Assembly: GCA_947447245.1 (NCBI GenBank)
Contig: CANFJC010000054.1
Coordinates: forward strand, 1-13,125
Direction of reading: 5' to 3'
DNA: 13,125 nucleotides
From: Comamonadaceae bacterium
GTDB taxonomy: Bacteria; Pseudomonadota; Gammaproteobacteria; Burkholderiales; Burkholderiaceae_C
The position numbers and the translations under genes were made by a program. The notes under the pieces were generated by a model that saw only the letters and a program-made list of their open reading frames with translations, ran no database searches and was not told the DNA's origin. Of this stretch, positions 1 through 5,124 are shown piece by piece (the first letter of the stretch is position 1; the number at the start of each line of letters is the position of its first letter).

Positions 1-81
1 AAGTTCCTTGACGGACATGCCCGCGTCAGCCTGTTTGAGGAAGCCAATGATCTGCTCATCGGTAAATCTGGATTGTTTCAT
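1..81 (-). CDS. IS3-family transposase OrfA (HTH, Transposase_8-like). Only the first 27 codons are present; truncated by the window edge.
   Basis: The reverse complement of 1-81 translates as MKQSRFTDEQIIGFLKQADAGMSVKEL. This is the canonical N-terminus of IS3/IS407-group OrfA proteins (RFT-EQII--L--AEAG--VKEL). It is absent from the ORF track only because it is cut by the window. Confidence 0.8.
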   Translation of the reverse strand, partial: MKQSRFTDEQIIGFLKQADAGMSVKEL

Positions 82-149
82 AGCCGCTATTCTCCGAAAT
101 TAGCGGACTTTGTTCCATCAATTTGGTACGGCAGGGAGGGGGCAGGTCA
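1..149 (-). mobile_element. Partial IS3-family insertion sequence (IS407-group-like): left end with terminal inverted repeat. The rest lies beyond the window edge.
   Basis: The minus strand from 149 downward reads TGACCTGCCCCCTCCCTGCC. IS3-family ends begin 5'-TG, and TGACCTGCCCC matches my memory of IS407-group IRs (not verified). About 65 nt later an ATG at 81 opens an IS3 OrfA-type frame. The neighbouring host ORF loses its expected Walker A sequence exactly at 149/150. An alternative end at 119 (TGATGG...) is not excluded. Confidence 0.65.
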
Positions 150-312
150 GTATCCCATGCAATAAGATTCCGCATTTACCTGCTGGAATAGGAAATGGCC
201 TAGCACCTGTCACAAGTTGCTCTATAAGCGTCTTGCTGTATTCATTGGGATAGACGATGTCATTTATTGATTTAGGTGAATAAATCGCTTCAAAGTCTTT
301 AGAGTTCCACAT
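150..312 (-). pseudogene. 5' fragment (54 codons) of an AAA+ ATPase gene with a clamp-loader/RFC-like N-terminus, interrupted by the IS.
   Basis: The translation is MWNSKDFEAIYSPKSINDIVYPNEYSKTLIEQLVTGARPFPIPAGKCGILLHGI. The pattern (Y-x-P-K-S-I-N-D-I-V ... G-x-x-P ... ILLHG) parallels RFC small subunit / T4 gp44-type N-termini just before the GPPGTGKT P-loop. The frame then runs into IS sequence (LTCPLPAVPN-stop, 118-149), so the P-loop is missing. An SD-like AAAGGA lies 8 nt upstream of the ATG. Confidence 0.55.
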
Positions 313-352
313 TTGATTGTCCTTTCAATTTGTATTCATGTATTTGATATAG

Positions 353-375
353 CGGGCTGCAGACCCTGCAGCCCG
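353..375. other. GC-rich perfect hairpin (10-bp stem, 3-nt loop) between the 284-aa gene and the AAA+ fragment.
   Basis: CGGGCTGCAG-ACC-CTGCAGCCCG. No U-tract follows on either strand, so it is not a canonical intrinsic terminator. It may be an intercistronic stabiliser or attenuator. Confidence 0.4.
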
Positions 376-382
376 AAATACT

Positions 383-1237
383 TCAGGCGTTGACTACAGC
401 GGCCTGAGTGGCAACAGCAATTGCATCATGTTTAATTTGCTCATCATTTGCTGCTTGTTTTTCAACAACTTGCTTAATGACATCTTTGTTAGCGCTGTAA
501 TGACAAGCAAGTGCTGCATTTACTGCTGTATCGCTTTGCACGACAGAGCGTACGATGACGCTGCCATCAGCTTGCCAAGTGCAAATCAACACTACAGTCT
601 TGCCAATATTTCCAGCATCAAGCTTGCTAGTAAGCGAATTACTTGCAAAGACACCCAAGTTTGAAATTTGCACAGCCTCAGCGCCAGCCTGCGCTTTAAG
701 CTTTGCAGTCATTGCATTAGGTGACTTTGCCAAGCGGATTTCTTCAACGCCACCTTCACTACGGATGAAATCAGGGATTTCAATCACAGAGATTTTCTTT
801 GCAAGCGCTGTTCGCAATACGATGCCATAGGCGCTAACGCGACGACGGTCATTGCCAAAGACGCACTTAACAATTTTGACTAAAGTATGAGTACCTGATT
901 TAAATTGATATCCCTTAGTCTTGATGTAGTCAGCCAATCCTTTGCGAAGATTGCCGGCTTCATCTTCCCCGCCTGACATCGCTTGGTAAGTTTGATAGCA
1001 CTTTTGTAGCAACACATACAACTGTTCATTGTTTGTGCGATGCACCGTACTTTCCCAAGCTTCGCGCTCAACGGCAAGTTGCTCGAAGTGATTACGCACA
1101 GAACTAGAAGCATGTGCTGTAGCTAATGCACTATTGTCGTTTTGCACGACATTTGCAGAAGTTGATTGCACAAGTTCAGAACCGCTGTTGGCGGTAGTGG
1201 ACTGAGCTGAAGTAACGAAAGAGGTATTTGTTTGCAT
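383..1237 (-). CDS. Hypothetical protein, 284 aa, with a low-complexity S/T/A/N/Q-rich N-terminus. No family recognised.
   Basis: Long ORF with a strong SD (AAGGAG 8 nt before the ATG). The first ~50 residues are compositionally biased (TSFVTSAQSTTANSGSELVQSTSANVVQNDNSALATAHASSS). It is co-oriented with, and 70 nt upstream of, the AAA+ fragment, so an operon is likely. I cannot assign a domain from memory. Confidence 0.8.
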   Translation of the reverse strand: MQTNTSFVTSAQSTTANSGSELVQSTSANVVQNDNSALATAHASSSVRNHFEQLAVEREAWESTVHRTNNEQLYVLLQKCYQTYQAMSGGEDEAGNLRKGLADYIKTKGYQFKSGTHTLVKIVKCVFGNDRRRVSAYGIVLRTALAKKISVIEIPDFIRSEGGVEEIRLAKSPNAMTAKLKAQAGAEAVQISNLGVFASNSLTSKLDAGNIGKTVVLICTWQADGSVIVRSVVQSDTAVNAALACHYSANKDVIKQVVEKQAANDEQIKHDAIAVATQAAVVNA

Positions 1238-1353
1238 TTGGAATCTCCTTGAATGCTGGTTAATGGAGACCGCACCGCTGCGGCCATCGCCTCAACTTTT
1301 TTGTGTTTGTTGCTGCGATGTATGAATTATCTATATATCGTCAAATTACTTTG

Positions 1354-1359
1354 TATAAT
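1354..1359 (+). promoter_or_regulatory. Candidate -10 box (TATAAT) in the AT-rich divergent region between the 284-aa and ~313-aa genes.
   Basis: TTGTATAAT lies 32 nt upstream of the ATG at 1391. The -35 is poor (CTATAT at the 17-nt spacing). The call rests on the motif only. Confidence 0.3.
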
Positions 1360-1390
1360 TCAATTTTCAATTCTTATTTGTAGAAATACT

Positions 1391-2332
1391 ATGAAATCAA
1401 AATTACCGTGGGCTCTTAGTGGGAGTGATTTTTCACAATCAGGGTGGCATACCGAACCAACTGCCGCCTATCAATTAATGTTTGAATTTTTAGTCTTAAG
1501 TCCCAGCTATGAGCTTGCAAGAAAGGCAAGAGCAAACAAGCTCACGAAAGAAGAATCGGAAAACTTGCCAAAGGACTTCGATAAGGTGCTGGCCACTTAC
1601 GATTTACTCGGAAATGTGAATTGCATTCTTTTCCGTCAATGGTGGCTTAAGCGTGGACTGCATGTATTTGGCAATCCATTCAACAAACCCAAGATTCATG
1701 AAATTGCTCTCATCGAAAATGGAGAGTCAACTGAAGTTGAAAAAATAACTCAAACACTTAAGTCCAGTTATGTTGAAGCACGCCAAGCGGAAGGACTTTC
1801 TGCTGCATTGATAGTTTCAATTCCACTCGGATTGAAAAGGCCTGAAATACTCAAAAAGTTTCGCTCTCTATTGGAAGAACACATCAGCAAAGATGTTGGC
1901 AAATCTGAGCAACCAAAAATTAAATTAATGGGCAAGCGTTTGCATATCAATGCAATGGTCAAAGGCATACGACTACTATGGTTCAAGGCTGCAAAGCCAA
2001 ATTGGGAATTGTGGCGACTTGGTGCGAAGGCACGTTTAAGTAGCAGTTACTCCGGCGTTCTCAATCCAACAGCTGACAGGAGAACACATGATGCAATTGA
2101 AATGGATGATCGAATCATCATGGGGAAAATTACACACCGAGCATTGAAGCGATTTGAATTAATTGCTGAAAACGCAGCTCGTGGAAAATTTCCATGTACA
2201 GATCCAGTTGATAGTGCTGAATTTAAATACGAGACATTAGTTTTGCGATTGAAGATGAACGCAAAGTGGAGCAGAGAATACAAAGAAGCTTGGCTTGCAA
2301 AGCAAAAAAAGAAAGCTCCAGCCTCAAATTAG
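1391..2332 (+). CDS. Hypothetical protein, ~313 aa (the start is uncertain).
   Basis: The frame is open over 1253-2332. I prefer the ATG at 1391 (MKSKLPWALSG...) because 1253-1390 overlaps the SD of the divergent gene and is AT-rich and promoter-like. No good SD precedes 1391. The N-terminal motif GW-x5-AAY-x3-FEFL-x2-SPSYE is loosely reminiscent of the W...Y...WEFLRRNP-Y motif of some ICE/plasmid-borne proteins; this is memory-based and weak. Confidence 0.65.
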   Translation: MKSKLPWALSGSDFSQSGWHTEPTAAYQLMFEFLVLSPSYELARKARANKLTKEESENLPKDFDKVLATYDLLGNVNCILFRQWWLKRGLHVFGNPFNKPKIHEIALIENGESTEVEKITQTLKSSYVEARQAEGLSAALIVSIPLGLKRPEILKKFRSLLEEHISKDVGKSEQPKIKLMGKRLHINAMVKGIRLLWFKAAKPNWELWRLGAKARLSSSYSGVLNPTADRRTHDAIEMDDRIIMGKITHRALKRFELIAENAARGKFPCTDPVDSAEFKYETLVLRLKMNAKWSREYKEAWLAKQKKKAPASN

Positions 2333-2890
2333 TTCTACTGCATTACGCTTCATATCATCATGAACATCAATGTAACGCTGGGTGACTGCAATGCTACGGT
2401 GGCCTGCCAAACTGGCTAAGACACGAACACCAATTCCTTTGGAGGCCAGGTTGGTTATAAAACTACGGCGCATGCTGTGACTGCTTGCACCATCAATGCC
2501 TGCCTTCTTAAAAAGCCAGTAGAAATGTTGAGTCATTACGCTGGCTGTAAATCCTCTGTGTCCTGCAGTGATGAAAAGCGGGTGTTTTAGATTTAGTGAA
2601 TTTCGTTGATTTAAATAATGTTGCAGTTCGACTCTGAGCTTTTCTGGGAAAAATACTGTTCGTGGATGGCGTCCTTTTGTTTGCTCTGCTGACAGTCTCA
2701 CTTCCGCTTTGACTGAACCGTTAGCGTTCATAACATCGCCTACGCTGAGACTGGCAATTTCCGATACCCGCATGCCTGAATACATGCCAGTAAGTAGCAT
2801 CACGCGATTTCGCTGCGCAAAGTTTTGCTTTTCGATGTACGTTAGAACTTGCTCTAATTCTGCTGGTGTAAGTGTTTTTGCTTGTGACAT
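2324..2890 (-). CDS. Tyrosine recombinase / site-specific integrase, 188 aa, essentially catalytic domain only (FimB/FimE-sized).
   Basis: The catalytic signature is readable: Arg I in GMRVSE, a beta-hairpin Lys in EQTKGRHPRTV, H-x-x-R in HSMRRSF, His in LAGHRS and the nucleophile Tyr in VTQRY. There are only ~30 residues before the catalytic domain, so no SAM-like core-binding or arm-binding domain. Confidence 0.9.
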   Translation of the reverse strand: MSQAKTLTPAELEQVLTYIEKQNFAQRNRVMLLTGMYSGMRVSEIASLSVGDVMNANGSVKAEVRLSAEQTKGRHPRTVFFPEKLRVELQHYLNQRNSLNLKHPLFITAGHRGFTASVMTQHFYWLFKKAGIDGASSHSMRRSFITNLASKGIGVRVLASLAGHRSIAVTQRYIDVHDDMKRNAVELI

Positions 2891-3185
2891 TTCGTTTTTT
2901 CTCTTTCTTTAATAAAAACGCATGTACAAGTGTGTTTTCTTTATTGGATTTTCGCGACCTGAAACCCGACGAGTTATCGGGGTAAAAATCTTCAATGAAA
3001 TCAATGCACTTAAGAAAATAGCAATATTCTTATGTGATTCAGTTTCCAGCTTGATGTGGGAGATGCGCCACAACTGAGCTGAGAAACGAAAGCTTAAAAC
3101 AGCGCTGTAGCGTTTTTTAATAGCGCCAGCTACTCGGGTTGCTGGAGTCTGACAATCTCAGCGCACAGCTTGGATTTATGCGTAG

Positions 3186-3365
3186 TTATGTAGTCTGAGT
3201 AAGCTTTGCAAGTTGCTGGCGCTTTTTTGCAATTGCTTTGCGAGCCCTTGTCACTTTGACGGTAGTTGCAAGCTGTTTTTCTTGCCTTTTGAGCGAATCA
3301 ACCTGTGCTTGAGCGGGGTCTAGTGGCTTTAGTGGTTTGATGCCAACAATTTCCTCTACTTTCAT
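3186..3365 (-). CDS. Small (59 aa) coiled-coil protein with a basic C-terminus, function unknown.
   Basis: The ATG at 3365 is preceded by GAGGTGA 7 nt upstream. The track's TTG start at 3383 is less likely. The sequence MKVEEIVGIKPLKPLDPAQAQVDSLKRQEKQLATTVKVTRARKAIAKKRQQLAKL is heptad-like and K/R-rich. It lies 10 nt downstream of the 125-aa gene, so an operon is likely. Confidence 0.55.
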   Translation of the reverse strand: MKVEEIVGIKPLKPLDPAQAQVDSLKRQEKQLATTVKVTRARKAIAKKRQQLAKLTQTT

Positions 3366-3375
3366 TTCTATCACC

Positions 3376-3753
3376 TCAACCAATTAAAACTGGTGGGGCA
3401 GTGAATTCAAGCTCTCGCTTTGCATATGCCATTCCTAGAGCGCCAATCACTTGTTTTCGAATGACATAACTTGCAGTTGGCATGTCTTGCATTCGTCTTG
3501 CAATTTCTGATGCCATCATGTCTATAGACCTATGCAGTTCCAGTGATGCGCTTTTTCGATTGTGTTGATTTATCACTTCTGCAAGATGAAATAGTGCATT
3601 TGTCGATATCTCCAGTCCTTGTGCAGTGATACTTCCGAAGTAGCCTTCACTCATCCCACAATAACTGCTAAATTTTCTTGCTGTCATATTGGGCATTGAT
3701 GCACTTAAGTGTGCATAGATTTGATTTGTAAAATTCATTTTATATTCCTTCAT
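3376..3753 (-). CDS. Hypothetical small protein (120-125 aa) with a probable helix-turn-helix.
   Basis: The segment MTARKFSSYCGMSEGYFGSITAQGLEISTNALFHLAEVI has the x-F-S-x3-G-x-S-x-x-Y-x-x-x-I ... S-x-x-A-L HTH-like pattern that I recall from small island-borne DUF proteins. The second ATG (3738) has the better SD (AAGGAA, 6-nt spacer), so the true start may be 3738. Confidence 0.7.
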   Translation of the reverse strand: MKEYKMNFTNQIYAHLSASMPNMTARKFSSYCGMSEGYFGSITAQGLEISTNALFHLAEVINQHNRKSASLELHRSIDMMASEIARRMQDMPTASYVIRKQVIGALGMAYAKRELEFTAPPVLIG

Positions 3754-4478
3754 TTGTATGGTTCGCTCTGCGAACCGCAGTTCTCATTGCGCTTCAGGCA
3801 TAGCCTTCGCTTCATTTCAACTGCATATTTTTTTTCGACTCATACTTAAGATGAACTAATTAATTTAGAGATATTCACTAGGAAGCCATATGCCACGCTG
3901 AATCAGCGCGGCGACATTCACTGAGGTGTTTCATACTGCATATACACAACCAGATTTAACTGGGAAAGGCAGGTTTTGCGATCTCCTTTTATGTGCGTGT
4001 CCTTACGCAAGCATCGAACGACTTATGCGGCAGTCATTGTTCGAGCTTTGTGGGGTGCTCATTCGAGCGTGGCGTCCCACTCACTTTTAAGTTCTTTCAT
4101 TTACGAAAGAACATTCAACTGTTAAGACATTGCAAACGTTACTTTCTGGAACGAAAGTCGTTTAAAGCATCCCTTACGGGGTAGTGCAATGAATCAGTGC
4201 AACAAGCTACACCTTCTTTACCGTCTCACATCAGAACGGATTTAGCAGCACAGTTCAATCGGCGTGCAACCTTCATCTTGTTTGTATAAAGTACTTATAC
4301 GAACGAGACATATTTGTATCGATATGCTGGAAATTTCAGCGAAATTGAACTTACCAGTTTGTCGTTTAACACGACATTTGCGCCAATGACCCGCCACTTT
4401 GGCGGGTTGCTGGTCGTCCAAGCGCCAGCAAGATCACAAAATTACCTGTGCTTTATCAACAAAAGAAAGGAAAAGCAC
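3754..4478. other. 725-bp non-coding, hairpin-dense region between divergent genes.
   Basis: There is no ORF with an RBS on either strand. Perfect stems sit at 3760-3776, 4091-4112, 4141-4158 (extendable to 4135-4162), 4284-4300 and 4389-4407, with a nested stem at 4050-4080. A T8 tract lies at 3828-3835. The 17-nt palindrome is at 4360-4376. Confidence 0.6.
4360..4376. repeat. Copy 1 of the 17-nt palindromic motif (TGTCGTTTAACACGACA).
   Basis: 16/17 identical to the copy at 8208-8224 and 15/17 to the copy at 8709-8725. The 5' flank ACCA is shared. It sits 103 nt upstream of the 146-aa gene, where base composition changes. Confidence 0.8.
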
Positions 4479-4919
4479 ATGGCTACTTTATCAACTCTCA
4501 AACTCAGCGCAGCTGTTAAACCCACAAGCGTTCCCGCTGTGCAACTACGACGCAATAAGTTAGTTCTTCGCTTGTGGGAACAATGCGAACTTGCCAAGGC
4601 TCAAGCCGCTGGCACTACATTTGCGCCACTAAAGTTCCGAAGTGTCGTGGAACACGACACTGGTATACGCCGTCAGGTAGAAATGCCCAAGCGAGTTAAG
4701 CCTTGGTGGTTCACTACTGAATCAGGCAAACTTGCCTTGTCAGTGCGTTATGGCACAAAGGTGCTGGAGTTAGCAAAGGGCAAAGTGGCTGTGGAAGTTG
4801 GCAGCGAAAAAGACTTGGTGCCCACACTGGAGCTGATCAAAACTGCTGTGTTGAACGGAGAGTTGGACACTCAGATTGACGCTGCTGCCAACAAGCTCAG
4901 GGATGGGTTTGCTCAGTAA
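4479..4919 (+). CDS. Conserved hypothetical protein, 146 aa (a widespread proteobacterial family of unknown function).
   Basis: The ATG at 4479 has AAGGAA upstream. The track's TTG start at 4314 has no support. Motifs RRNKL...LWEQ-ELAKAQ...KRVKPWWF...GKLALSVRYG...LELAKGK-A-EV...LIKTAVLNGELD match my memory of a ~145-aa DUF-type family. I do not trust my recall of the DUF number. Confidence 0.8.
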   Translation: MATLSTLKLSAAVKPTSVPAVQLRRNKLVLRLWEQCELAKAQAAGTTFAPLKFRSVVEHDTGIRRQVEMPKRVKPWWFTTESGKLALSVRYGTKVLELAKGKVAVEVGSEKDLVPTLELIKTAVLNGELDTQIDAAANKLRDGFAQ

Positions 4920-4930
4920 ATGATCCAAAT

Positions 4931-4961
4931 CGAACAAAGGCGCTTAAAGCGCCTTTGTTCG
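4931..4961 (+). terminator. Strong hairpin, probable (bidirectional-type) terminator of the 146-aa gene.
   Basis: CGAACAAAGGCGCT-TAA-AGCGCCTTTGTTCG is a 14-bp perfect stem beginning 12 nt after the stop. The trailing U-tract is weak (TTCATCG), hence the moderate confidence. Confidence 0.6.
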
Positions 4962-4964
4962 TTC

Positions 4965-4985
4965 ATCGTCCCGTTACTGGACGAT
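4965..4985. promoter_or_regulatory. Inverted repeat ATCGTCC-N7-GGACGAT, a candidate operator upstream of the LysR gene.
   Basis: Perfect 7-bp arms with a 7-nt spacer, 140 nt upstream of the LysR start. It fits the loose dyad architecture of LTTR sites, but it could equally be a second RNA hairpin after the terminator. Confidence 0.3.
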
Positions 4986-5124
4986 TGATATTGAATGTAT
5001 TTGCAGAGAAATCGAGCAGGATCTGCGATTGGGGTGGCTCAAATTTGGATGCTATTCAACAATCCTATACTTGACTAAGTAATTTATATAGACGTTTAAT
5101 ACGGCAAATCAATTCAGTAAAACA

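Noticed and set aside
118-149. The last 11 codons of track ORF 118..312 (LTCPLPAVPN).
   Set aside because: These codons are read from the IS terminal inverted repeat, not from the original gene. The ORF is annotated instead as a truncated pseudogene, 150-312.
1253-1390. N-terminal extensions offered by the ORF track: 1253 for the ~313-aa gene, 4314 for the 146-aa gene, 6417 for the porin, 7763 for cytochrome c, 9024 for EamA and 3383 for the 59-aa gene.
   Set aside because: In each case a downstream ATG has a better SD and/or yields a proper signal peptide or N-terminus. The extensions overlap promoters, terminators or neighbouring RBSs, or use TTG/GTG starts.
2890-3091. A possible inverted repeat (TTTCGTTTTTTCTC at 2890-2903 against the complement of GAGAAACGAAA at 3081-3091) that would bound a ~177-bp invertible segment just upstream of the recombinase.
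   Set aside because: The arms are low-complexity (T-rich) and need a 3-nt gap to align, in AT-rich DNA where such matches arise by chance. It is not strong enough to call a fimS-like switch without read-level evidence of inversion.
3096-3118. A weak hairpin plus T-run (AAAACAGC-GCTGTA-GCGTTTTTT) as a terminator between the small genes and the recombinase.
   Set aside because: The stem is A/T-rich with a bulge and only three G-C pairs. It is plausible but too weak to list as a feature.
3993-4184. A 63-codon ORF on the plus strand inside the long non-coding gap.
   Set aside because: It has a GTG start and no Shine-Dalgarno. The product is Cys/Arg/Phe-rich and unnatural-looking, and the ORF spans several strong hairpins. 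It is more likely a chance ORF. It is kept only as a caveat to the non-coding call.
4360-4376. Reading the 17-nt palindrome as an SOS (LexA) box or another known operator.
   Set aside because: The proteobacterial LexA consensus CTGT-N8-ACAG does not fit: CTGT is followed after 8 nt by ACGA. I could not match it to any other operator consensus that I know, so it is left unassigned.
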